64,000 nucleotides of DNA, taken from contig MU053431.1 in NCBI GenBank assembly GCA_013239625.1, forward strand, positions 994,001 to 1,058,000, read 5' to 3'. The position numbers were made by a program, and so were the translations under genes. This document shows, one piece after another, positions 36,381-47,648 of the stretch (position 1 is the first letter of the stretch; the number at the start of each line of letters is the position of its first letter). Under the pieces are notes generated by a model that saw nothing but the letters and a program-made list of their open reading frames with translations, did not search any database and was not told the DNA's origin. This DNA comes from Lama guanicoe. Lineage: Eukaryota.

Positions 36381-38693
36381 CTCTGGGGCAGAGTCTCCCT
36401 ACCTGGGGCAGAGTCTCCCTACCTGGCGCAGTGTCTCCCTACCTGGGGCAGAGTCTCTCTACCTGGCGCAGAGTCTCCCTACCTGGCGCAGTGTCTCCCT
36501 ACCTGGGGCAGAGTCTCTCTACCTGGCGCAGAGTCTCCCTACCTGGCGCAGTGTCTCCCTACCTGGGGCAGAGTCTCTCTACCTGGCGCAGAGTCTCCCT
36601 ACCTGGCGCAGTGTCTCCCTACCTGGGGCAGAGTCTCTCTACCTGGCGCAGAGTCTCCCTACCTGGCGCAGTGTCTCCCTACCTGGGGCAGAGTCTCTCT
36701 ACCTGGCGCAGAGTCTCCCTACCTGGCGCAGTGTCTCCCTACCTGGGGCAGAGTCTCTCTACCTGGCGCAGAGTCTCCCTACCTGGCGCAGTGTCTCCCT
36801 ACCTGGGGCAGAGTCTCTCTACCTGGCGCAGAGTCTCCCTACCTGGCGCAGTGTCTCCCTACCTGGGGCAGAGTCTCTCTACCTGGCGCAGAGTCTCCCT
36901 ACCTGGCGCAGTGTCTCCCTACCTGGGGCAGAGTCTCTCTACCTGGCGCAGAGTCTCCCTACCTGGCGCAGTGTCTCCCTACCTGGGGCAGAGTCTCTCT
37001 ACCTGGCGCAGAGTCTCCCTACCTGGCGCAGTGTCTCCCTACCTGGGGCAGAGTCTCTCTACCTGGCGCAGAGTCTCCCTACCTGGCGCAGTGTCTCCCT
37101 ACCTGGGGCAGAGTCTCTCTACCTGGCGCAGAGTCTCCCTACCTGGCGCAGTGTCTCCCTACCTGGGGCAGAGTCTCTCTACCTGGCGCAGAGTCTCCCT
37201 ACCTGGCGCAGTGTCTCCCTACCTGGGGCAGAGTCTCTCTACCTGGCGCAGAGTCTCCCTACCTGGCGCAGTGTCTCCCTACCTGGGGCAGAGTCTCTCT
37301 ACCTGGCGCAGAGTCTCCCTACCTGGCGCAGTGTCTCCCTACCTGGGGCAGAGTCTCTCTACCTGGCGCAGAGTCTCCCTACCTGGCGCAGTGTCTCCCT
37401 ACCTGGGGCAGAGTCTCTCTACCTGGCGCAGAGTCTCCCTACCTGGCGCAGTGTCTCCCTACCTGGGGCAGAGTCTCTCTACCTGGCGCAGAGTCTCCCT
37501 ACCTGGCGCAGTGTCTCCCTACCTGGGGCAGAGTCTCTCTACCTGGCGCAGAGTCTCCCTACCTGGCGCAGTGTCTCCCTACCTGGGGCAGAGTCTCTCT
37601 ACCTGGCGCAGAGTCTCCCTACCTGGCGCAGTGTCTCCCTACCTGGGGCAGAGTCTCTCTACCTGGCGCAGAGTCTCCCTACCTGGCGCAGTGTCTCCCT
37701 ACCTGGGGCAGAGTCTCTCTACCTGGCGCAGAGTCTCCCTACCTGGCGCAGTGTCTCCCTACCTGGGGCAGAGTCTCTCTACCTGGCGCAGAGTCTCCCT
37801 ACCTGGCGCAGTGTCTCCCTACCTGGGGCAGAGTCTCTCTACCTGGCGCAGAGTCTCCCTACCTGGCGCAGTGTCTCCCTACCTGGGGCAGAGTCTCTCT
37901 ACCTGGCGCAGAGTCTCCCTACCTGGCGCAGTGTCTCCCTACCTGGGGCAGAGTCTCTCTACCTGGCGCAGAGTCTCCCTACCTGGCGCAGTGTCTCCCT
38001 ACCTGGGGCAGAGTCTCTCTACCTGGCGCAGAGTCTCCCTACCTGGCGCAGTGTCTCCCTACCTGGGGCAGAGTCTCTCTACCTGGCGCAGAGTCTCCCT
38101 ACCTGGCGCAGTGTCTCCCTACCTGGGGCAGAGTCTCTCTACCTGGCGCAGAGTCTCCCTACCTGGCGCAGTGTCTCCCTACCTGGGGCAGAGTCTCTCT
38201 ACCTGGCGCAGAGTCTCCCTACCTGGCGCAGTGTCTCCCTACCTGGGGCAGAGTCTCTCTACCTGGCGCAGAGTCTCCCTACCTGGCGCAGTGTCTCCCT
38301 ACCTGGGGCAGAGTCTCTCTACCTGGCGCAGAGTCTCCCTACCTGGCGCAGTGTCTCCCTACCTGGGGCAGAGTCTCTCTACCTGGCGCAGAGTCTCCCT
38401 ACCTGGCGCAGTGTCTCCCTACCTGGGGCAGAGTCTCTCTACCTGGCGCAGAGTCTCCCTACCTGGCGCAGTGTCTCCCTACCTGGGGCAGAGTCTCTCT
38501 ACCTGGCGCAGAGTCTCCCTACCTGGCGCAGTGTCTCCCTACCTGGGGCAGAGTCTCTCTACCTGGCGCAGAGTCTCCCTACCTGGCGCAGTGTCTCCCT
38601 ACCTGGGGCAGAGTCTCTCTACCTGGCGCAGAGTCTCCCTACCTGGCGCAGTGTCTCCCTACCTGGGGCAGAGTCTCCCTACCTGGCGCAGAG
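36381..38693. repeat. Minisatellite/VNTR: 20-bp monomer ACCTGG(C/G)GCAG(A/T)GTCTC(C/T)CT with a 60-bp higher-order unit
   Basis: 37 identical 60-mers from 36421 to 38640 plus variant edge monomers; about 116 monomers in total. Confidence 0.99.
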
Positions 38694-39408
38694 CTCTTTT
38701 TACTTGGGCCAGGTCGCCCTTGAGACCCGTCTGGCTCCTGGCAGAGTTCTCATTTGGGGCCTCACAGTTGGCTCGGGAGATTTTTATTAGGAATAAGAAA
38801 GGGTTTTCTTTGGCAAGTGGACGGTGCTATGCATTCATCTCATGGCTGGTTTGGAGACCTGGCCCGAGCGTAACCTGCCAGATCGGCCTCCCTCTGCGCC
38901 ACCTCCCCGACCCCAATAGTCAGTCAACACCTGCTCCTTCCTCCCTCCCTCCAGCTTTCCCGCATCCCAAGAGCTCTCCACTTGTTAGATTTGAAGCTCC
39001 ACTGATGCACAGATGAGCCCCACCCCACCCCCGCTTCTCTCCATCTCCACCCCTGGGGTGGCTTCCATGTCCCGGGCTGGAAGACAAGGGATCTAGCCCA
39101 TCTGTATGCAGCTCGCGGTAACATGGGGTGCTCGGGCCAGCACACACCATTTAGGGGAGGGCAGATTTATTTTTAAACTGCACTGCTTGGCAGGGATGTG
39201 TCTTGACCATGTCAAGAAAACGCTAACTATAAATTTACCCAATGGCTCCAGTCAAATGGGAAGTTGCAGCTGTCAGTTTGAGAGCAAAGAATGTCAACGG
39301 ATACACAAAGCGTCCTTCCCGCCGACAGGCTGGCCATGGCTGGTCCAAGTGGAGCCTCCACGAAGCCCAGCAGGTGGTTGGCAGCGCCTAACGCTGCAGC
39401 CTGGAGTC

Positions 39409-39429
39409 GTCAGCACCCTGGACAGAGCT
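39409..39429 (+). promoter_or_regulatory. Candidate RE1/NRSE (REST/NRSF binding site)
   Basis: GTCAGCACCCTGGACAGAGCT has both half-sites intact (TCAGCACC and GGACAG) with the canonical 2-bp spacer; the consensus is TTCAGCACCACGGACAGCGCC. Confidence 0.7.
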
Positions 39430-42189
39430 CCCCAGCCTGGAGCCCGTGCTCTTGGTGTCTGGGCTCCCGGCTGGACCGCGACTGCCCCCGGGCTCGGGGA
39501 GCGGCGGCCAGGCTCTGGAGCTTTGTTCTTTGCCCTTTGTTCTCACCGTTTCACTTCGTGCTGTAGGAATGTTCGACAGGGCCCACTGCAGCTTTCCTCA
39601 CTTCCTCTTGTCTTATTCGAGGGATTAATTCTGCAGCCCTGTGCGCTGGACGCTCACTCTTCCCGTCACTGGTCCCACCACCTGCACTTAATCATCGTCG
39701 CTCTTGGCTGGCGGTTGTGGCCAGCAGGATGCAGGCGTCACTGCTGAGGCTATCTGGATGCATTTCCCAGGAAGCTGTCATGCGGGGGACACTCATGAAC
39801 TCCTGGGTCAGAGAGCAGGAGCCCATGTTCCGTGCAGGGCCCGAGGCCACCACGGCAGCATTTGCTCTGCGGCAGCTGCATGAAGACCCTTCCGTCAGGG
39901 CCAGGCTGTGCAGCCCCATGCCTCGGAGCAGCACTGGACATCGAGCATCATGCCCGCTTCCTGCATCTTTTCTAAATCCCAGAACAGTTTCCCCTCTCAG
40001 GCTTCAGGGCGGCGTGGACCCCCCAGCTGTCACGGGCCAGGGCGTGCAAATACAGCTTTTGAAATTGTCCAATCAGCCTTTTATAGGGAGGACATCTTGC
40101 TCTGTCTTAATTTTTACTTGAAAACCCAACGTGCATGAATGTCCTAAAGTTTCTCGTTCCCTTCACTAGTACCTACCAATGTGATCTCTGGAAGGGCTTG
40201 TTTGCCTGCTTGGGAACCGCCTCTGGGGTTTTCTCCACGAAGAAGCCTTTACTGGAGAAGGAGAAGCCTGCACAAGGCTTTGCACGAGGCCCCTGGCCTG
40301 GGGGGTGGAAGCCCCTCCTCCCGGTGCCTCCAAGGTCTGCAGAGGGTGGTTTTCTGCTTGTCTTGTTTTGCTTTTTTATGTAGAGTTCTTCTGGGCAGTG
40401 CTTTTCATGCTGGAGCAAGTGTGAAAAGGAGAGCTTGGTGGGGAGAAGCACCTGCCTTAACCAGCTGGAGAGGCGGGAGGGAGCTGAAGGAGGAACGGGA
40501 GGGGGGCACCTCACGGTCTTGTACCTGTCACCCAGAAGGCTTGTCCTGTGAAAACTGGGCACGCAGCGAGCAGACCAGTGTCCTCGCTGGTTACCTCTTG
40601 TGTTCTCAGAACCGGTGGGCAGAGGGGGTGTCTTTTTGCTTTGAGGAGCATTTCTCTGATTTCGCATCTTTTCACGCACTCATTTCCTATGTGAGTTTCC
40701 CTGTCTGTGAATTCTCCACTTGTATCGTTTGTGATTTTAAAAATACATGTCGTTCCTGCCTTTCCTTGTGGCTTTGCAAAGGCTTCCTGGATGCCGCACA
40801 CGTTGCTGGCTTTACAAGGAGGATGTCTCCGACCTGGTGCTCCTGGCGCAGCTCTGTCAGTCGTGGGCTTGACCGCACGGAAGACCTGAGGCCATTCCGA
40901 TGCCATGTTTAGACTCTCGGGTCTCGTTCAAAGACCGCTCCCCACCCCCGCGGCTCAGACAGCCCCTCCTCCTCCCTGAGTGCTGAGGTTCTGCACGGCG
41001 TACCCGCGCCTGCAGGGCTGTGGCTGCGTTCAGTGTGAGGCGGGTCGCACGCCGCGTCCGCTCCCCGGCTCCCCGTTCTCTCGCCGGCCTGTCTGGCCCC
41101 GGGCCGCCTCTCCTTCTGCCTCATCTCTTCCCCAAGGAACTCAGCTCTCAGGAGACTCCACCGCTCTCTGTGCTGCGTGCGAAGCAGGAAATGGCCTGGG
41201 AGCAGCCTGCCGCCCTCTGGGAGGGCAGGTAGAGGTGTGGTCAGAGGTCCTGCTTGCCGGGAGCCAGGCTTTGAGAGCATGCTTCTCAAGCGCCTGCTCA
41301 GAGAAGGTTCCTCTGTTCTCGTCTCCAAGTGCTTCCTTGAAAAACACAGGGTTTTCCACTTTCTCTCCTCCCGCTGCTCTGTCTCCACTTCACCCTCCCA
41401 GCCTCGTGACCAGACCCCAGTCCTCACCTCAGGGCTTCAGAGAGCTGACACCCCTTAGGAGGGATTTAGAAATCAGAGCCACCGGCTTGGACACAGCTGC
41501 CCCCGGGGCAGAGCCCGAGGCCGTGACCGAGCATCCAGAGCAGCCCCTGGGAGTCACGGAGCCGACCAGACACCTGTCTGCCTGGGTCGGTCAGCAGAGA
41601 GCCCTCAGGTGCAAGGCAGCAGTGTTCTCAGCCCTTAATACTCCCCTAGAAGCTCGCTGCCTCCGAGCTGAATGTGCGTTTCTTTCATCACCTCCACGCT
41701 GCTGTTAGGTAGAGTCATTTATAAACTGTCCATCTCTGAGCAGAATCCAGGATGTGACAGTGAAAAAAAAAGAAAGAAAGAAAGAAACTGTAAAAAAGGC
41801 TTCAAAAGAAAAATTAATCTTGTGAACTGGATACACGAGCTGCCAGGGAAATAATTAATTCCGAGAGCTCAGAGGGAGAGGCGCAGCCTGGACGCGGGGG
41901 GTCGGGCGCCCGGGCTGCCCCCCGCGCTGCCGCGTGCGGCCGGCCTGCCCCCGGGGGGCGCGGCTCCACGGCCTGTGGGCTGTCCGTGGCTTGTTGCCAG
42001 CATCCCCGCAGCTCAGACCAGGGCCTGGCGGGGGCGGGGCGCACGTTCTCCCACGGCAGCTGCTGGCGCTGGTCTTCCAGATGAGCTGCAGCTTAAACGC
42101 TTCGTGTTGTGGGGCCCGTGTGGTCCCTGAGACAGCCGCGTGCCCGACACGGCTGTTCCGTGGGGCAGAGGCAGGGCGTGCAGGGGAGG

Positions 42190-42930
42190 GGACGGGAGTG
42201 TAAGAAATCCATCCGGCCTTTGCCCCAGTGCCTGGCACAGGGTTCCTGCAGCGCGTGGGATCTCCTGAGTGGTGGGGACGTCTTCCGTTCCTCGTTCCTC
42301 ATTCCTCGTTCCTCGGAAGGAGCTGTCTTCCTTCACACCGGAGTTTTTGCTAATGGGGAGACTTAGCGCGGGTCGCTGGAGAGCCTCAGGAGGGGCTGGT
42401 CTCCAGAAAGACCGCGTGATTCCAGCCCACCGCCAGCCTCCCAGAAGGGGAAGGGGAGGGCCAGACTGAGCTGGAGCGGTGGGGTCACAGCGTCCAGGCG
42501 TGCTGGGAGGGTGGCGTGCCCGGCGAGGGCGTGGAAGGCCGGCCCCGCCCACACCTCGCCCTGCGCCTTCTTCCCTCTGTTCCAGGCTGTGCCTGGCTTG
42601 TGTCCTTTATAATAAACCAACGAATGTAAGCAAACTGTGTTCCTGAGTCCTAAGCCATTCTGGCAAATTATTGTGCCTGAGGAGGGGTCGTGGGGACCCC
42701 CGGTTGGTCAGAAGCACAGGAGGCATCTGGGGGCTTAGGACTGGGTCTGAAGTGGGGACAGTCCCCTGGGACCGAGCCCTTAACCTGCGGGGACTGCCTT
42801 CGCTGCAGGTGGCCGGTGTCCAGGGCAGCTGAGCGGCTGGACGTCAGTTCTGCTGTCGGAGAATTAGTCGGTGCCAGAGGAAACACCCCTGAGGCTTTGA
42901 GTCGGAAGCTGTGGAAAAGTTACACCGTCT
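42190..42930 (+). mobile_element. MER21-like ERV solo LTR
   Basis: CCTGGCACAG...GAGTTTTTGCTAATG...GGCTGGTCTCCAGAAAGACC...GTGCTGGGAGGGTGGCGTGCCCGG...TCCTTTATAATAAACC (polyA signal)...GGTCAGAAGCACAGG...GAGCCCTTAACCTG, colinear with MER21B/C. Confidence 0.85.
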
Positions 42931-44184
42931 TCTCTGGAAGGTGGCCAGAGCGAACGCTGGTCTGTCACTTTGCGGTGAGGGAGCCCGGTTCACTGGCGAG
43001 CTGTGACCCCTCAGCGGACAGGACAGGGAGCAGGGGCGGCCTGCCCAGATCCACGGCTTGGGGCCCTCCCCCTCCCCCCCCACGCCCCCTCCACGGGCGA
43101 GCTACGCACCCCTGTGGGCTGGCTGGGGACAAGCTCAGTAAGGAAGCGGCGAGCCCTGCCCGCCCCGAGAGTGCCGGGAACCGGACGGCACCCGCGCCTC
43201 GCTGGGAGCGTCCCTTCCGGCCGTGCTGGGACCTGGGCGCCTCAGACTTATTGCCCTGTTTTACACGCTCTCTGAACTGAGCAACTTCCTGTGGTGAAAA
43301 CATTTATAATCAGGTGAGCCTCCATGCGCTCCAGGGCAGCTTACTTACGAGCCTTTGAACTTAACTCTTTGCGTTAATATTTCGTAAAGAAAAATCAAAG
43401 AGCGGCGGGAGGTTGGGAGCTATGGCGCTGGGTTCCTGCCTGTTGCCTCTGTGATTCGGGGCTGGCTTGTCCTCTTGTCCTTCGTAGCGTCTTGAGGGAA
43501 AAGCACGTGCCTGGGCCCGGCCAGCTCTGCGCTTCCCGCAGACCTCGTAAGGGCCGCCGTGAGGGCGCGAGAGACGGCGGGACTGACGCTCCCCGTGGCA
43601 GGACTCCGTGGCGGTCAGCGCGCACGGGGGCGAGGGCCGCCGAGCCTGCGCGTCCCGGCGTGGGGTGGCGGCGAGGCCGGCTCGTCAGGCGCTGGCACGT
43701 CTTCTGCCGTCCCCACGGCTCCTGTGAGGCCGCCCGCTCCTCCCGGCCGAGCCAAGGACTCTCTCCTCTCCGAGATCCAGGAGTCCCGGCCCCGAGCGTC
43801 TCCACCACGGAGGAGGGGAGACATCTGGAGCTGCCCCCGTGGCTACAGCCCCACGTGCATCGCCCCGTCAGTCCCCTGGGGACCGATTCTCAGAGAAGTG
43901 GCCGGGAGGGGCACCCGAACTCAGAGTGCCCGGCAAAGAAGGGTGGGCCGTGGGGCCTGGGAGCCACGGAAGGCTTTATGCGAAGGACTGTGGGGGACGG
44001 AGGGGATGGGGCCCTGCCGCCGGGAGGCCCCCGCCAGCCAGAGCGGCGCAGGGAGAGGGGTGCAGGTGCGCACCTGTTGCAGGAGGGATTCCTGAGGCTG
44101 AGCGAGGCGGGGGAGCCGGGGACGGTGGGCAGGGCAGCACGGCCTGGTCTCATCCACTGTCCCGGCTCCTGCATGTCGCCCTCT

Positions 44185-44472
44185 CAGGCGTGAGCATCAC
44201 CTCTCCTCAGAGAAGCCACCTCTGACCTGTCCACAGTCTCCCTGCCTCGGCCACGCCTGTGCTGTGCTGTGCGTGGGACTGTGCTGTCTTCAGAGCACGT
44301 GGACAGACACCTATTTTTGTCATAGTAAGCGTCTGTCTTTCTCTGTTAGGAGGGAACTCCACGAGGGCAGGACCGCTGCTCTGTCCGCAGGTACGTCTGT
44401 CCCCAGCTCCAGGGAGGGCCTGGCACGTGGCAGTGCTCACTGGGTCGTTATCAAAGGAATGCATGAACGAAC
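44185..44472 (+). mobile_element. L2 3' end
   Basis: CATCACCTCTCCTCAGAGAAGCC..TCTGACC...CTCCACGAGGGCAGGACC...CCTGGCACGTGGCAGTGCTCA...GAATGCATGAA. Confidence 0.75.
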
Positions 44473-45566
44473 AAGACAAGGAAGCCATGCAGGACAGGGT
44501 GCCTGGTGGTGCTGAGAGGAACCCCAGAGAAAAAAGTGGGCTTCCTCCCCTTGGCCTGTAAGCTCCCCTCCCGGGGAATCCAACCCCCGCCTGCAGGCTC
44601 CCCACTCAGAGCCCTGCTGGTCCCCAGAATCGAGGACTGAAGGCGCCTCCAGCACCTGGCGCAGCGCCCGGTGTGGGCAGACGTTCAGAGCACGCTGGGC
44701 AGTCGGATCGACAGGTGGCTTTATGGATGCTGGGACGCCTTAGAGCATCCTCGTGGAAGGCACTGTTGCTCCAATTGACTGGAAATTAACCCACGCTAGC
44801 CCTGCTGGGTGTGGAGGGCGCTGCCGTTTCCCTCCTAAGGACCGAGACGTCCGGGCAGGTGGTGAATCGCACAGAGGGGCTGGATTCTAGGGGACGGGCG
44901 CTCTCAGCCACCTCCATTTCTCCTCCCGGGACATTTGAGCAGAGAAGAGCGTGCACCTGGCTCCAAACACCGCACATCTCTGGGCGGGGGATGCAGGCGT
45001 CTCGAGAAGAGTCAGCCTGGGTGGGTGGCAGGGCGCCCGGTTCACATGCCCGTCTCTCTCTGAGCAGCAGATGCAGACAGTGGCCCCTCTTCAGGTTATG
45101 GGATTAAACAAGCAGGCCTGGCCCGGCGTCCAGCAGAGCAGCTGGCTCCACCAGCGTCCGGCGTTGTCACTGTCACCTTCCCATCCAGGACGTGCGTGCT
45201 CCTGAGGAGCAGGTTGGGACATGCCTGCGGGTTCTCGCTCCCTGACCCAACTCTCACGGGGACGAGAGCTGACCTCTGGCCCCGTTTCCTCCCTGTCTAC
45301 GCGTCTGGCTTCAGAGGAGCTTGGAGCCCATGGACCCCCGGCCTCCTGGGCACTTCCTGCGTCTTCTCTGGGACGCCTGTGGAAGGGCGATGCAGCCGGT
45401 GATGTCTTCTGCCTAAACGTCAGGAGGGCCAGGCAGGAAATCACGGATGCTGCCCATACTGTCTTCCTGGGCTTCTTTGTGGCTAAAAAACTCAGCGATG
45501 CAAGGTCAGGAGACGTCCTCGTGGGCATGGATGTGTAAAGCTTTGTGCCGTGATGCCATTAGAAAA

Positions 45567-45775
45567 GATGGATGGACGGGTGGATGGATGGATAGGAAGG
45601 AGGGAAGGAAAGAAGGAAGGAAGGAAGGGAGAGAGGAAGGAAAGAGAAGAAAGGGAGGAAGGGAGGGAGGGACAAGATGGATGGGCAGATGATACTTAAA
45701 GATGTAGCTACAGACAGACAGACAGACAGCTGGCAGGTGTGATGGGTGTGTGGGTGGATGGATGGACGGATACAT
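45567..45775. repeat. Compound (GGAT)n/(GGAA)n/(GACA)n simple repeats
   Basis: Read directly from the sequence. Confidence 0.85.
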
Positions 45776-46036
45776 AGATTTGCAAATGTGTCTAGAAGAA
45801 TCGAGGTAGAGGTTGCAACTTGTAAACATGTTTCCTAATGCATTAGTGAAAAGGTTTAAATTATTTTAATTTTAGTCCATTCAATTGAAACCAACGTCTT
45901 TTGTTTCCTGTTGGGCTGCCTGGAGAGGGATATTTGTTTCCCTGTTTGCAGAGTGTTCGTGTAGGTTGTAATGGGTCAGATGCAAAGCAAAGCATCCCCT
46001 GGGCACGCCCCCCAGCAGTTCCGCCGGGGCTAGAGC

Positions 46037-46102
46037 CCCGTCTCCCCAGCCCGCTCCCCGCGGGGGCCCGTCTCCCCAGCCCGCTCCCCGCGGGGGCCCG
46101 TC
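46037..46102. repeat. Perfect 30-bp tandem duplication (CCCGTCTCCCCAGCCCGCTCCCCGCGGGGG x2.2)
   Basis: Read directly from the sequence. Confidence 0.92.
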
Positions 46103-47304
46103 CTCCGGGGAAGGAGGTTCCGTTTCCCGGCGTCGCTGGGTTTGGCCCAGTCCGGTCTGCTGGCTGTCCAGAGACTTCTCTGCTGGGCGGAGCTGCTTTC
46201 ACACGTTCAGGGACTCCTGAGCGTCTGTTTCTGTTTTCCCGTCACACTGTTAACATTTGCTCTTATGTGTTTCTTCAAACGGCCCCACCAACGTTTCCTC
46301 AGAGGAAGGTCAGCACTGAGGTCTGGGGTTTGTGTAGGAAACTCAGCCTCAGGGAGCGTCTGAACGGAAGGAAGGGACTCGACTGGTCCACAGTCCCAGC
46401 CCGGGGCGCTCGCTGCCCGGGGCCGCCCAGTGCCCCCCGGGCGTCCCCACCTGCCGCTCCGCACAGAACACGCTGCCGGACGCGTTTGGCACCCAGTAAC
46501 TCCTCCTCAGACAGCAGCCTGTCTCCTCTGCTGACAGGGAACATGCCTCGAATGGAAGTTCATTAGTCTATTGAAACATTACAGCCAATTGCAAAGCGAG
46601 TCCCCGGAACTGTCAAGTTCGTGTTTCCATCTGTGCCTGAGCGCAGTAATAAAGAGCGTCTTTGGACAGGTTAATTTGCCTAAAATACCACGCAGTCAAT
46701 CGGAGTAACAGAGCTGCTGACGCCCGCATCTGTCTGACGGGGCGTCCGCGCGGCTGTCCTCGGCGTGCGCGAGCGCGGCAGCTGCCCGGGGAGACGCCGA
46801 GCGACGGGAAACGCCGGCGGCTGGGAGCCGCGCCGGGCGGGGGTGGCACGTGGCTCAGGGTCCTTCGTGGAAGTAATCCGTGGTCACCGAGGTAGAAGAC
46901 GGCTTTGGTATTTAGTTCAGATTGTCGGTATGATCCACGTTTGTAAATTTTCTGTTTTACTTAATCTGCCGCAGATGAAAACCCCCTGAAACAAGAGCGT
47001 GTGTGCGTCTGTCTCAAGAACCCTAACACGAGAAGCTGTGTGTATTAAAACAGGCTCCCCGTCGAAGCCCGGCCTTCCTGGGCGCCTGGGAGTGCGTGCG
47101 CTGCAGGCGGTCGGCACCTGGCATTAACTTGCAAAGATCAGTATATCGCCTCCTGCGCTGGGTCCTGTCCTCTGGGGGAGGCCCCCGTCCCCACTGGCCC
47201 GCAAGGGCTCCAGCCCGCAGGAGAGGCGGGAGGAGGAGAAGTCTGGCCATGACGCTCCCTGGCCGTGATTGCAATGTGCGGGGCTGCGGGAGGAGGCGAC
47301 GGTT

Positions 47305-47648
47305 GTGTCTGCGCGGTCTCAGTCCTGCCGACTCTAGCGAGCTCTGCAGATGGGGCAGCTGAACACAGGACTCATGTAGCACAGTCTGGAGGCTGGAAGT
47401 CCGAGGTCAAGGTGCTGCTGGCAGGCTGGGGCCCCGGTGAGGCCTTTCTTCCTGGCTCCTCTCTGTCCTCGTGGGGCACAGGAAGGGAGGGGACGCTTCC
47501 GCAAGTGCCCTCTCGTGAGGGCACTGTCCCATCATGGGCTCCACCCTCGTGAGCTAACCGACCGCCGAAGGCCCCACCTCCAAACACCGTCACGCTGGAG
47601 GCCAGGGCTTCAGCACAAGATTCGCAGACACACATTCAGCCCCTAATA
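47305..47648 (-). mobile_element. MLT1A-like MaLR solo LTR
   Basis: CACAGTCTGGAGGCTGGAAGTCCGAGGTCAAGGTGC...GGGCTCCACCCTCGTGA...AAGGCCCCACCTCCAAACACCGTCAC...ACACACATTCAG. Confidence 0.8.

Noticed and set aside
36418..36430. U1 snRNA-derived origin of the monomer (TACCTGGC shared with the U1 5' end)
   Set aside because: Only about 8 nt match and no other U1 sequence is nearby, so it is compatible with chance
36381..38693. CRISPR array
   Set aside because: The repeats are head-to-tail with no unique spacers, there are no cas genes, and the context is mammalian
36276..39016. Three 815-887 aa ORFs as real genes (mucin-like 20-aa repeat)
   Set aside because: All three frames are open simply because the monomer lacks stops; there is no signal peptide, domain or splice context, and the flanks look non-coding
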